A stretch of DNA of 64,000 nt. It comes from Chthonomonas calidirosea. Its GTDB lineage: Bacteria; Armatimonadota; Fimbriimonadia; Fimbriimonadales; Fimbriimonadaceae. The stretch covers positions 23,923 to 87,922 of the forward strand of contig CAMAPH010000006.1 in the NCBI GenBank assembly GCA_945859975.1. Direction: 5' to 3'. Position numbers and translations under genes: made by a program. This document shows positions 37,674 to 47,420 of this stretch, piece by piece; position 1 is the first letter of the stretch, and each line of letters opens with the position of its first letter. Below the pieces are notes generated by a model. That model did no database searches. It was not told the origin of the DNA and saw only the letters and a list, made by a program, of their open reading frames with translations.

Positions 37674-38162
37674 ATGAGCGATTCACCAAGACTCGAAACC
37701 GCAACTTTCGCCGCCGGATGCTTCTGGGGCGTGGAAGAAAGCTTCCGAAACCTACCGGGCGTTCTGCGCACCGAGGTCGGATACGCCGGCGGCACCCTCG
37801 CTAACCCTTCCTACAAAGATGTGTGCAACGGTCGAACCGGGCACGCCGAAGTGGTGCAGCTGGACTTTGATCCGACCGTGATCAGCTACGAAGCACTACT
37901 GGCCCACTTCTTCGAAATGCACGATCCGACGCAAGTCGACCGCCAGGGACCGGACTACGGTGATCAGTACCGAACGGCCGTGTTCTATCACAGCGATAGC
38001 CAGCGACAAGCCGCCGCGGAGAGAATCGCCTTGTTGAACGCGTCCGGCCGATTCCCTCGCCCGATCGCGACAAAGTTGGAGTCACCGGATCAGTATTGGT
38101 CAGCCGAGGAATATCATCAGAAGTACCTTCTGAAGCGCGGCCTCGGCTCGTGTCACATCTAA
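37674..38162 (+). CDS. msrA: Peptide methionine sulfoxide reductase A
   Basis: GCFWGVE, TGHAEVV, HDPTQ..RQG.D.G.QYR and AEEYHQKY. Confidence 0.96.
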   Translation: MSDSPRLETATFAAGCFWGVEESFRNLPGVLRTEVGYAGGTLANPSYKDVCNGRTGHAEVVQLDFDPTVISYEALLAHFFEMHDPTQVDRQGPDYGDQYRTAVFYHSDSQRQAAAERIALLNASGRFPRPIATKLESPDQYWSAEEYHQKYLLKRGLGSCHI

Positions 38163-38168
38163 GTTTCG

Positions 38169-38663
38169 TTAGCGGAAGTTAACGAAATCGATCGGGAAGT
38201 CTAGGTCGAGTCCTTTGAGGAAGGTGATCGTCTTTTGAAGGTCATCCTTGCTCTTGGATGAAACCCGGACTTCCTCTCCCTGAATCTGTGCATTGACCTT
38301 CAGGCCCGCGTCCTTGATCTGCTTAATGAGGGGCTTAGCCTTGTCCTGAGCAATCCCGCTCTTGAACGTAAGCTTGCAGCGAAGGGACAAGCCCGTTGCA
38401 GGCTCAGGTGTTCCCCACTCGATCTGTCGGTGGTCAATCCCTCGCTTTAGGAGTTTGCTGAAGATGATGTCCTTGACTTGATCCAATCGGAATTCATCGT
38501 CGGCAAGAACCGTGATGTCCTCTTTCTCCATCAAAATCTCGCACTTGGACCCCTTGAGGTCATAGCGATTGGAAAGCTCTTTATCCGCCTGACCCATGGC
38601 GTTCTTCACTTCCATCTGGTCAACTCGGCTTACGATGTCAAAACTATAATCTGCTGCTGCCAT
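38169..38663 (-). CDS. yajQ: YajQ family nucleotide/c-di-GMP-binding protein
   Basis: SFDIVS, RYDLKG and KV.AQIQG..VRV..K.KDDLQ...FVNFR. Confidence 0.95.
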   Translation of the reverse strand: MAAADYSFDIVSRVDQMEVKNAMGQADKELSNRYDLKGSKCEILMEKEDITVLADDEFRLDQVKDIIFSKLLKRGIDHRQIEWGTPEPATGLSLRCKLTFKSGIAQDKAKPLIKQIKDAGLKVNAQIQGEEVRVSSKSKDDLQKTITFLKGLDLDFPIDFVNFR

Positions 38664-38995
38664 TACGCTGCCTCCAAATCCTGATTCTGGACTAGCAAAA
38701 CAAAGTTAACCGGAAACTTCATCTGTTCCGAGTTCAGGAGTTTGCGCTGCTCTTCCGTGCTGCTTTCGGCAAACTTGGCTTGGATTCGCGAAGTAGCGGT
38801 GGTGTGAACTTCGGAACTCACCTTGGGCAACGAGTCAAGCTCAACCTTCACGGAAACTTCCGCGGTGTCATAAACGTTGGCTACAACGCCCACCAGGCCA
38901 GCCATATGGCCAAAATAGCGGTGCTTTTCTCGGTCTTCTTTCGTGACCGGACGGGAGACGATGCGAACGCGATCTCCCTCTTTCCATACGGGCAT
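38663..38995 (-). CDS. Hypothetical protein with an SH3/KOW-like N-terminus
   Basis: KEGDRVRIV...GLVGVV; stop overlaps the yajQ start; TACACT lies 7 nt before the ATG. Confidence 0.65.
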   Translation of the reverse strand: MPVWKEGDRVRIVSRPVTKEDREKHRYFGHMAGLVGVVANVYDTAEVSVKVELDSLPKVSSEVHTTATSRIQAKFAESSTEEQRKLLNSEQMKFPVNFVLLVQNQDLEAA

Positions 38996-39046
38996 AGCTG
39001 GAAGTGTACCTATGGGCCATTTCTGGCCCATAGAGATCGTAGCGGG

Positions 39047-39253
39047 TTACTTCATGCCGGAGCCGACGCGGGCTTCCGCGCCTTTTCCGGCTTCCGATAG
39101 CCCGCGAGACTGCATTTCAACGCCACCCTTTGCGGTTTCACCCGGAACGGGTGCCGCATTGGGGTCGCTTGCCACGGCCGGCGGCTCAGAGTTGCAACCA
39201 ACCAAGAGAATGCCAACCGCAACCAAGATTGCGAGCTTTATTCGTTGTCCCAT
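39047..39253 (-). CDS. Small lipoprotein
   Basis: Lipobox LVGC after a hydrophobic signal; overlaps the end of the prepilin gene. Confidence 0.6.
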   Translation of the reverse strand: MGQRIKLAILVAVGILLVGCNSEPPAVASDPNAAPVPGETAKGGVEMQSRGLSEAGKGAEARVGSGMK

Positions 39254-40089
39254 AGATACTGCGACTTGTCGATCAACTGCACGGCACTGGCGTTGATGGT
39301 TCTATTCCAGTTCGTTCCAATGGCGAGAGCGCCTGGGCTCAGCTTTCGAACGCTGCCATCCGCAAAGCCAACGGTCGCCTTCTCCGCCGCTCGGAGGCTT
39401 GTGCCACCGGTGAGCGAGCCAGCCTCGTACGACTTGATTCCCATCAGCGCTGGGTCACCCCAGAAGCTACCAACGCCCCAACCGTCAAAGCACCAATCTG
39501 CTCGGGTTCGGCAGTCTGGCGGGTCCACGATCACGCTCGTGTCGGGCCCGATCGCTCCGTAGCTGTAGTACTGACCGCCGGTCAATCGGCTCTCGGAAGT
39601 CTGCTCAAATCGTCCGGTGAGCATGACCGTATTCGATGGGGCGCCAAGCGAGCTCTGCGAACGCGTCGATGGAACGACCAAAGGCGACGGACCTTCGTAT
39701 GGAGCGAGGGTCGAATAGTTGTAGCCAAACGTTCCCGTTAGGGTGACCTGGTTTACGAAACCAAAGGCCGAACCTCGGGGGACGCGTGGAGCCAGTGGAT
39801 CTTCGAACAAGTCAGCCGACTTAATGTACGGAAGGATGTTCCAGACCCAGCTCGAATAGCCGATGAAGTTGCCGGAGTTGTCCCATCGGTTGGCGGGGAC
39901 GAAAGTGTCCTCGGTGTCGCCCATGTAAAGCAGGTGTCCAAGCACGATCTGCTTGTTGTTGCTAATGCTGGCAGCGGACTTGGCTGCTTGCTTCGCCTGA
40001 GCGAAGACTGGGAATAGGATGGCAGCGAGGATTGCAATGATCGCAATCACGACGAGAAGTTCGATAAGTGTAAATGCTCTTGAGCGCAA
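39238..40089 (-). CDS. Prepilin-type N-terminal cleavage/methylation protein (DUF1559-like)
   Basis: RA/FTLIELLVVIAIIAILAAILFPVFAQAK, SN.KQI.LG..Y and a C-terminal GFADG. Confidence 0.9.
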   Translation of the reverse strand: MRSRAFTLIELLVVIAIIAILAAILFPVFAQAKQAAKSAASISNNKQIVLGHLLYMGDTEDTFVPANRWDNSGNFIGYSSWVWNILPYIKSADLFEDPLAPRVPRGSAFGFVNQVTLTGTFGYNYSTLAPYEGPSPLVVPSTRSQSSLGAPSNTVMLTGRFEQTSESRLTGGQYYSYGAIGPDTSVIVDPPDCRTRADWCFDGWGVGSFWGDPALMGIKSYEAGSLTGGTSLRAAEKATVGFADGSVRKLSPGALAIGTNWNRTINASAVQLIDKSQYLWDNE

Positions 40090-40332
40090 AGGATAATCTC
40101 CACAGGGTCAGGGCAGTCTTAGAAGCATCGACTGCGAACAACCGCGATGTGGCCAGGGAAATTCAGGTTTCAGCCGAGCAATGCCGGTTGAATGTATTAA
40201 TACGAAATTACCTTGGTATTTCGTTCAGCAAAAATGACAGGTGTCGATTTTCCAAAGAAGATTCTGCATTCTCTGCCATTTCACAAACAATCGTTCGGAA
40301 ATGACAAAGAATGCATTCGAAAACCCGAACCG

Positions 40333-42246
40333 CTAGTTGCTATATCTCAGATTTTGCCCTAAAATCCAGCCTGTCACATCATCCACCGACAGGCCTGACT
40401 CGTTGCGGATGACGTTCTGCGGACCATGCTCCACAAAGTCATCTGGCAGATGGAACGCCTTGAAGTTGACCTTCGGTAGATCATTTGCCGAAAGCACTTC
40501 TCGAATCATTTCTCCAACTCCGCCGGAGCCGACATTCTCTTCAATTGAGACTGCCACGGGAATCCTTTCTGCCAGCGACCTTACCAATTCCACATCGAGC
40601 GGCTTCGCAAACCGGAGATTCACGACCAGGGCCTGAACGCCGCGAGCCTTCAGCTCCGCCTTGGCCGACCAAGCCGTACTCACCATGCTTCCCAGCGCGT
40701 AGATGACCAGATCGAAGGTGTCCTCGTGGCCTTCACCTTCGCCCAGCAACACTTCCGCCTTTCCGTGCTGAACTGGCGTCCGTGCCTCCGGCAACCGGTC
40801 GTCGCTCGTGCCGCGTGGATACCGGATGGCGGTCGGGCCGTCGTTGTACTGCATCATCCACCGCGTCATCTCGCCAAGCTCGGTCGTGTCGCGCGGAGCC
40901 AACACCGTCATGTGCGGCATCAGGTTCAAGTACGAGACATCAAATGCCCCGTGGTGCGTCGGACCATCGTCCCCGACCAGACCGGCACGATCCAAGAAGA
41001 ACCGAACCGGGAGGTGCTGTAAGCAGACGTCGTGCAGTATCTGGTCAAAGCCGCGCTGTAAGAACGTGGAGTAGATCGCGCACATCGGCTTCAATCCACC
41101 CGCAGCCATTCCGGCCGCGAACGTGACCGCGTGTGGCTCGGCAATCCCTACGTCGAAGTACCGCTTCGGAAACTTCGCCGCAAACTCGCTGAGTCCGGTT
41201 CCGTCCGGCATCGCCGCCGTAATAGCCACCACCGTCGGATCAGCTTCTGCCGCCTGAACCGCAGCGTTCCCGAACGCCTGCGTAAACGAAATCGGACCGG
41301 CCGACTTCACCATCTCGCCAACTTCGAGATCAAAAGGCACAACGCCATGCCACTTGCGAGAGTCGCCTTCCGCAACGTCATAGCCCTTACCCTTGACCGT
41401 AATGGCGTGTACAAACACCGGAAAATCGAGCTCGCGGATGTTTCGGAATATATCGACGAGGGTGAGCACATCGTGCCCGTCCACCGGCCCGATGTATTCC
41501 CAGCCGATCTCCTCAAAAATCGTTCCCGTCTCATGCGGGGCCAAGTAATGCGTGATGCCGTGCCGCAGACCGGCCGCGACCTTGTGGATTGGGCTAGGCA
41601 TCTGTTCCACCGCCGACTTCGCCTTTCGAGCGAGCGACTGCAGCATTGGCCGGCTGCGTAGCCGACTCAAATAGTTCGTAAGGGCTCCAACATTCGGTGC
41701 AATCGACATCCGATTGTCGTTCAGAACAACCGCCAAATCGGCGCCAAGCTCGCCCGCATGGTTCAGCGCTTCCCAACTCATTCCCGTCGCGATACTGGCA
41801 TCGCCAACGACCGCGACAATCTTCTCTTTGGTGCCCAACGCGTCTCTCGCTGCCGCGAATCCTAACGCCGCAGAAACCGCCGTTCCAGCGTGACCCGCGC
41901 CGAAGAAATCGAGTTCATGCTCATCTCGCTTGAGAAATCCGCTCATGCCACCGTGCTTGCGCAGGGTCGGAAATCGGTCAAGCCGTCCCGTGAGAATCTT
42001 GTGGGCGTAGGCCTGGTGCCCGGTATCCCAGATCACCTTGTCTGGGGGCATGTCGTAGGCGGCGTACATGGCCACCGTGAGCTCGACCGTGCCGAGGTTA
42101 GAGCTAAAGTGTCCGCCGGTCTTCGACACATTGTCGAGGATGGCTTGGCGAACCTCTTTCGCGACTTCGACCAGTTCCTTGTCGGTGAACTTCTTAAGGT
42201 CGGCGGGACAAACGATTTGATGCAAATACTGAGTCGCGGAATCCAT
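40333..42246 (-). CDS. dxs: 1-deoxy-D-xylulose-5-phosphate synthase
   Basis: GGHFSSNLG, WDTGHQAY.HKILTGR, LNDN.MSI, GIAEPHA, DG.THHG and IRYPRG. Confidence 0.97.
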   Translation of the reverse strand: MDSATQYLHQIVCPADLKKFTDKELVEVAKEVRQAILDNVSKTGGHFSSNLGTVELTVAMYAAYDMPPDKVIWDTGHQAYAHKILTGRLDRFPTLRKHGGMSGFLKRDEHELDFFGAGHAGTAVSAALGFAAARDALGTKEKIVAVVGDASIATGMSWEALNHAGELGADLAVVLNDNRMSIAPNVGALTNYLSRLRSRPMLQSLARKAKSAVEQMPSPIHKVAAGLRHGITHYLAPHETGTIFEEIGWEYIGPVDGHDVLTLVDIFRNIRELDFPVFVHAITVKGKGYDVAEGDSRKWHGVVPFDLEVGEMVKSAGPISFTQAFGNAAVQAAEADPTVVAITAAMPDGTGLSEFAAKFPKRYFDVGIAEPHAVTFAAGMAAGGLKPMCAIYSTFLQRGFDQILHDVCLQHLPVRFFLDRAGLVGDDGPTHHGAFDVSYLNLMPHMTVLAPRDTTELGEMTRWMMQYNDGPTAIRYPRGTSDDRLPEARTPVQHGKAEVLLGEGEGHEDTFDLVIYALGSMVSTAWSAKAELKARGVQALVVNLRFAKPLDVELVRSLAERIPVAVSIEENVGSGGVGEMIREVLSANDLPKVNFKAFHLPDDFVEHGPQNVIRNESGLSVDDVTGWILGQNLRYSN

Positions 42247-42287
42247 AGAGGCCCTTGCTTCTATTACGGACCAACGCCGATCAAGGT

Positions 42288-43157
42288 TTACGGGTTCCAA
42301 GACATTAGGGCTTCCGACGACAACATCGTCCGATCCGGCAACATTTCGTAAACCGGAACACCCTGCCAAAGCTGCATATCAAACCCGCCCTCACTCAGTT
42401 GAAACGGGCCATATGCCAACCCTAGTTTCGCCGGACCGGTCACCAAAACCGTCTGGCACAGTGCCATCAAGTAGGTCGCCGACGCGATCTGATCGGTTTC
42501 CAACAACCCCGTTATCTCAAACTCTGGCTGGGCAAACTTCTGCATACCCAACGTATAGGCATGCAAGCCGGAGGACAACAAGCGAAACTGGACGGAGACG
42601 TGCTCACGCGCATCCACCTTCTCGTCCGCTCGCGGGAACAGTCGAACTTGCGGCGGCAGCAGGTATCGGCGGCTAATGGGATCGGCCACAACCCCGTCCG
42701 CTCGGGAACCGAAAGTCGAAACCACGTCCAAAAGAAAATCAAGTGACGGATACACCGCCGGATCGTGAGATTCAAACGTGAACTGGGCAAGGTGCCATGC
42801 CGAGCGCACACGTTCCGAGATATCCACACCGTAATCGAGCGCGACAAGACTCCGAGAAAACGCCTCGGTATCGAACCCCGCATCCTGCGGCGGCATCAGG
42901 AGCATCTTCAAAACCGTCTTCTGGTCTTTGCTTGCCAGAACGTAGGCGCCATGCTTCAGCGGTAGCGCCAAGTCGTCCTTACTCGCCCCGGAAGCCAGCG
43001 GCGCACCAAACCCAACGACCGCGCCAATGTCCCCCTTGGGGTTTAGAATCTGAAGCATGGACGGCAAAGTCGCGCTCGAAGCAAGTACCGAAAGATAGTA
43101 GTCCTTCGCGATGCCAAAGCCAGGGGTGACCGGTTTCTTAAATCGCCAGGCCCTCAC
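42288..43157 (-). CDS. Hypothetical protein with a DUF4261-like C-terminus
   Basis: HAYTLGMQKFAQPEFEI motif; GTG start overlaps the upstream stop (GTGA). Confidence 0.6.
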   Translation of the reverse strand: MRAWRFKKPVTPGFGIAKDYYLSVLASSATLPSMLQILNPKGDIGAVVGFGAPLASGASKDDLALPLKHGAYVLASKDQKTVLKMLLMPPQDAGFDTEAFSRSLVALDYGVDISERVRSAWHLAQFTFESHDPAVYPSLDFLLDVVSTFGSRADGVVADPISRRYLLPPQVRLFPRADEKVDAREHVSVQFRLLSSGLHAYTLGMQKFAQPEFEITGLLETDQIASATYLMALCQTVLVTGPAKLGLAYGPFQLSEGGFDMQLWQGVPVYEMLPDRTMLSSEALMSWNP

Positions 43158-44293
43158 CGGATGCCTCCCCGATTCACTCGTCTCCAAAGCCCAGGTAGCC
43201 AGGCAAAACACCAGGCGCCAACGCTTCTAAGCGCACTCGCTCGTAGCATTCCCTTCGTCGGTTCCTCGTCCGACTCGACATATTCGACGAGATGAAACGG
43301 ATCCATCGCGCCAAGCGCATCAACCGTGGTTTGTGGAACCGCCCGACCGATTGGAACCTTCACGCGCCATTTCGCTAACTTCTCACCGACCTGCTTTGAC
43401 CATTCATCAATTTCCGATCCCTCAAAGAAGCTCAGGTAGCTCAAGATCATGAGAAAAGCGAATATCGGAATGTTCATGCTGTATTCGATAAAGAGGTGCA
43501 TGAGAACCGCCGCCGCTAGGATGTACTTCCGGAATGGCTTGTGATAGACCAAAGTCACCATCGCAAACTCAACGAACAGCGTGCCGTAAGTCGTGAGCTT
43601 GACCATTGGAACCTCAAGCACGAAAGGTGGAAGCGGAAACCGTTCGAACTCTTGCAGCCGGTTTGGATACCAAGTTGCCAATCCGTCTCGCCATAGGTTG
43701 CCACCGGTTTTCAACCATACGGTGGTGAAGTAAACCAGTGACACGTTGTAGCTAATCAACCGCTGACTCCAGAGTGGAGCTACCGCCGGTTCCCTGGAAA
43801 TGCGACCGGCCCAAATTGCCCGTAACCGATCAAGCGAACAAGCTTGACCACAAGGAGACATGGCCAAATAAAGCACTAAACATCGAAGAATCGTGTCGCC
43901 ACCATGCAAAATCACCGGCGATCGGTGGTGCATCGAAACCACGAGCACGGCAAAAGCAATGCTCACCGGCTTCGTCCACAGACCAACCGTCAACAACACC
44001 GCCAGCACGAAGGTCGAGCCGAACAAGATCAGACTCCACGCATCGGAATTGGACAGCCCATACAGATTCGGCCGCGAGAACACGAGATCCCCTGCCTGAT
44101 CGGCATGCCCCAAAAAGGCGTCCGCAAACCATGCCGGATGGAAGCCGGATTCGGTGAACCAGTCTCGCCACTGACCAAACATCATGCCGAGGTTCACAAC
44201 GCAAACGAGGCCCAGCGCAATTCGGATCAAGCCCAGTGCCGTCGGCGAACCGTGACTAAAAAACCACCGGTCAATAGACTTCAGCAAGTTCAT
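43154..44293 (-). CDS. HTTM-domain membrane protein (SdpB / vitamin-K-dependent carboxylase-related)
   Basis: LGL.RI.LG, G..T, HGGD, SLD, VYF...W.K..G..W.DG.A, TL..E and MH.FI. Confidence 0.8.
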   Translation of the reverse strand: MNLLKSIDRWFFSHGSPTALGLIRIALGLVCVVNLGMMFGQWRDWFTESGFHPAWFADAFLGHADQAGDLVFSRPNLYGLSNSDAWSLILFGSTFVLAVLLTVGLWTKPVSIAFAVLVVSMHHRSPVILHGGDTILRCLVLYLAMSPCGQACSLDRLRAIWAGRISREPAVAPLWSQRLISYNVSLVYFTTVWLKTGGNLWRDGLATWYPNRLQEFERFPLPPFVLEVPMVKLTTYGTLFVEFAMVTLVYHKPFRKYILAAAVLMHLFIEYSMNIPIFAFLMILSYLSFFEGSEIDEWSKQVGEKLAKWRVKVPIGRAVPQTTVDALGAMDPFHLVEYVESDEEPTKGMLRASALRSVGAWCFAWLPGLWRRVNRGGIR

Positions 44294-44937
44294 TACTTCG
44301 GCAGCTCCAAGTCTTCCCGTCGAACGTTGTACTGAAAGTACTCGTAGCTCGAATACTCCTTGACCTGCGGCTTGCCGGGTGCCGCAACATCTCGCCAGTT
44401 TCGACGCAACCGAACCAACTTGGGCGGGTTGCCTGGGTACTTATCCATCACTCGCGCAATTCGCTGAGCAAACACCGACCAGATGAATGGATTCTGTTCA
44501 AGGTGGGCGCGCTCGTAGAACTTTCGATAGCGTTCAGCCGGATACTTCTCGACGATCGGCAACAAGTAGATCCTCGGGTACTGATAATGCTCTTTTTTTC
44601 CGTTCGCGTACTCCACCGTGGCATCGCCAAAGTAGTCACGCTGAGATGGGTTGGGCGCAAACATGTCCCAGTACTGCCAAAAACCCGTAGTAAATAAGTA
44701 GGCGCGAACCGGCAACAGAGGCTTTATCCGCCGCTGGTTCTCAACAAGCAGGATGTCCGTACCGGTTGGTCGAGCCGTTGCCCCAAGGGAATCAAGCCGA
44801 TTCGGAAGTGCCCAAGCCGTTATGCAAAGCAGGTGGAACAAGACAAAAATCTTGATCCACCCAGCAGTTTTAGGGGCCTCAGCAGCCGCGCTAGTCTTAG
44901 CGCTCGATTTCGGCAAGGATGGGTTCGAGCTCTTCAT
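44293..44937 (-). CDS. SdpA/DUF5819-like membrane-anchored protein
   Basis: TM helix ending FH and the motif Q.WDMFAPNP; stop overlaps the HTTM start; start uncertain. Confidence 0.65.
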   Translation of the reverse strand: MKSSNPSLPKSSAKTSAAAEAPKTAGWIKIFVLFHLLCITAWALPNRLDSLGATARPTGTDILLVENQRRIKPLLPVRAYLFTTGFWQYWDMFAPNPSQRDYFGDATVEYANGKKEHYQYPRIYLLPIVEKYPAERYRKFYERAHLEQNPFIWSVFAQRIARVMDKYPGNPPKLVRLRRNWRDVAAPGKPQVKEYSSYEYFQYNVRREDLELPK

Positions 44938-46729
44938 TCGGTCCGATGGCGTCACGGATTGATTTCGCGAGGGCTCGTGCTTCATCGTTGTGTCCTGCCG
45001 CTGCGGCCGCCAAACCAAAGTTCAGGTGAATCGGCAGCGACGACGGATTGGCCGCGGCCACCTGTCGCATGATGTTATACGCTTCCTCGCTACGCTCCTG
45101 ACCGTTTAGGGCCTGAACGAGTTCGCCATAAGCTGGCTCACAGCCTGGATACAGTTCAATGAGTCGAACCGCAGAATCTTCTGCATCCGAAAACTGCCCG
45201 ACGCGGTTGTAAGCCGTGCTGAGCAGAGCCCAGAGCTTCCAGTAATCGGCCAACCAGTTTCGAAGCGGCTTCAGGTCGCGAATCGCGCCTTGATAATCCT
45301 CCTGCTCAAGCTTGGCTCGTGCGGCTTCAACGTTCTCTGCTCGCTTCGGCTGTTCGAGTTCGATCAACTTCGCGAGAACTTCAGCTCGAGTATTCGGGTC
45401 TGGATTGCTCGAAAGAATGTCCTTCAGAACGCGAGGAACTTCGAATGCTCGGTCTGCCTTTTCAAGGGTCTGCGCGTATTCAACCAAAGTCGAAACGTCG
45501 TTCGGAGCAACGTCAAGCACGTCCTCGTAAAAGTCCATCGCTCGGTCGAGATCGTCGTTACCGGCAAGGTACGGAGCGTAATACCGCTTGATGACGGTGT
45601 TGTCTTCAACAACTTCGAGGCCGGTTTCAAACGCTCGCTCGCCGTCTTCCTTCTTGCCTGCATTGATCAAGCTGACCGCGTACTTCGCGTGAGCCTGACC
45701 GTTCTGGGCGTCGCCATCGATGATGCCCTTCCAAATCGCCGGAATCTCGTGATCTCGTCCAGACTGCTGAAGCACTGCCGCAAGGTAGTCGGCGGATGGC
45801 TTGTCAGGACCTTCCAGCTCAAGTGCCTTCGCAAAGTTCCGCTCGGCGTTCACCGGCATATTCATTTGCATCTGGGTAACACCCAGTCGGTTGTACAGAC
45901 CAGGATCGGTGTCGTTTCGCTGGATTGCCTTCTCAAACGAATTGGCGGCCTGATCCATCATGCCAACCTGCTGATACAGATCGCCGAGTCCGAAGTAGCC
46001 GAGGAAGTCGGTCGGATTGAGTTCGACCGCTTTCTTAAGCGCTTCTTCCAGCATCTCGAAGTTGCCAATCCGGAAGTTCGCACAAGCGCGGGCAAACTGA
46101 ACCAGAAGCTGGTAGACGCCGAGGAACTCTCGATCTTTGTCGAACGCCTCAACCAAGGCATCGAGCGGAAGCTGTGGGTTGAATTCCTGCACAACTGCAC
46201 CTTCGGACTGCGAAACATAGTTCAGCGCATCAAAGCCCTCAAGGAAAGCGAGGAAGACGTCAGGATCTTCGGTTCCAAACTGCAGCGACTCGGCGGAGAA
46301 TCCTTCCGGCATCGTCGCTTCCGAGTACTCGGCCTGCTTCGAAAGAATCCAGCGCAATCGCTCGAACAACTCAGCTTTCGGGAAGGAAACTTCTTCCTGG
46401 AAAACTGGTTCCAACGTTCCCTTGGCGTGATATCGAAGCACCAGCGCGAACGTGTCATCGGTCAGCGAGAGCGTTCCGTCCTGAACGAAATCAACTTGAG
46501 CCTGCTCGAACAGCTCTTTCAACTGCTCATAAGGCAAAAGGACGTCGCCAAGATTGGCGTAGGCGGTTCTCTGAACACCGTCTTGTTCGATCTGCGTGAG
46601 TAGGTTTACCGAGTTGATTTCGGCCTCAGCAACATTTCGAAGTTGCTCTGCCGTGAATTGGGCAAACTGGCGACCGTACGCAGGCTTAGTCCCTTCGGCG
46701 GTATTGAAGGGCAGAACGGCGATTTTCAT
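44897..46729 (-). CDS. Tetratricopeptide repeat protein
   Basis: N-terminal KIAVLPF alpha/beta domain followed by many TPR-like repeats. Confidence 0.85.
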   Translation of the reverse strand: MKIAVLPFNTAEGTKPAYGRQFAQFTAEQLRNVAEAEINSVNLLTQIEQDGVQRTAYANLGDVLLPYEQLKELFEQAQVDFVQDGTLSLTDDTFALVLRYHAKGTLEPVFQEEVSFPKAELFERLRWILSKQAEYSEATMPEGFSAESLQFGTEDPDVFLAFLEGFDALNYVSQSEGAVVQEFNPQLPLDALVEAFDKDREFLGVYQLLVQFARACANFRIGNFEMLEEALKKAVELNPTDFLGYFGLGDLYQQVGMMDQAANSFEKAIQRNDTDPGLYNRLGVTQMQMNMPVNAERNFAKALELEGPDKPSADYLAAVLQQSGRDHEIPAIWKGIIDGDAQNGQAHAKYAVSLINAGKKEDGERAFETGLEVVEDNTVIKRYYAPYLAGNDDLDRAMDFYEDVLDVAPNDVSTLVEYAQTLEKADRAFEVPRVLKDILSSNPDPNTRAEVLAKLIELEQPKRAENVEAARAKLEQEDYQGAIRDLKPLRNWLADYWKLWALLSTAYNRVGQFSDAEDSAVRLIELYPGCEPAYGELVQALNGQERSEEAYNIMRQVAAANPSSLPIHLNFGLAAAAAGHNDEARALAKSIRDAIGPNEELEPILAEIER

Positions 46730-46754
46730 TGATCACGATTGTACTCGCCGACCG

Positions 46755-47411
46755 CTACGACTTGCGATAAACCCAGCCATGAATCATCGGTCTTCGAAAG
46801 AACACGTGCTCCTGGCGGAAACCAGCCCCGGCAATCACTTCTTCATAAACTGCAGCATCCCGTAGCCGTACATTCTCTGGTAGGGACTCGTAGGTCTCCT
46901 GCGCGCGCTCATGTCGGCCATCGTAATCTGCCGGCTTATTCAACTGAGTCGCGAGATGGTGTATCCAATCTTCCGCCTCCGCGGGCGAAGTCGGCGACGC
47001 CATCACCGTAACAATCAGGCTGCCCCCGGCTGCGGTCAGCTTTCCGAGTTCGGCGAAATAGCCAAATAGAATCTCATCCGCAACAAAATGCCCGACCAAG
47101 ATCGACGTCACGAAGTCAAAACTGCCCGTCGGCTCATCAAGCCAGGTCACGTTTGAGGCCCCAGCCGTTCGCACCTCGCCGAGAGCCCGCATGTCTAGGG
47201 AAGGCTCCCCCGCCTCGATCTCCGCCTGGGGAAGCATGGTTGAAAGGGAACCCACCTCTGCACCCGTTCCTGCTCCGCTGCAGAAAACCCGTCGTGGCCC
47301 AAGCTCCACCGCAAGGTGACAAACCGCCTGATGCAAAGCCTCGTACCCCGGCACTACCCGGTGAATCCGCGTTTCGTAAGCTGCGGCCTCCGCCGCGTCA
47401 AACGACTTCAT
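46755..47411 (-). CDS. Class I SAM-dependent methyltransferase (CmoA-like)
   Basis: R.VPGYE.L, GAGTG.E, EPS.DM and FD.V.S.LV.HF. Confidence 0.8.
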   Translation of the reverse strand: MKSFDAAEAAAYETRIHRVVPGYEALHQAVCHLAVELGPRRVFCSGAGTGAEVGSLSTMLPQAEIEAGEPSLDMRALGEVRTAGASNVTWLDEPTGSFDFVTSILVGHFVADEILFGYFAELGKLTAAGGSLIVTVMASPTSPAEAEDWIHHLATQLNKPADYDGRHERAQETYESLPENVRLRDAAVYEEVIAGAGFRQEHVFFRRPMIHGWVYRKS

Positions 47412-47420
47412 TGCAACATC

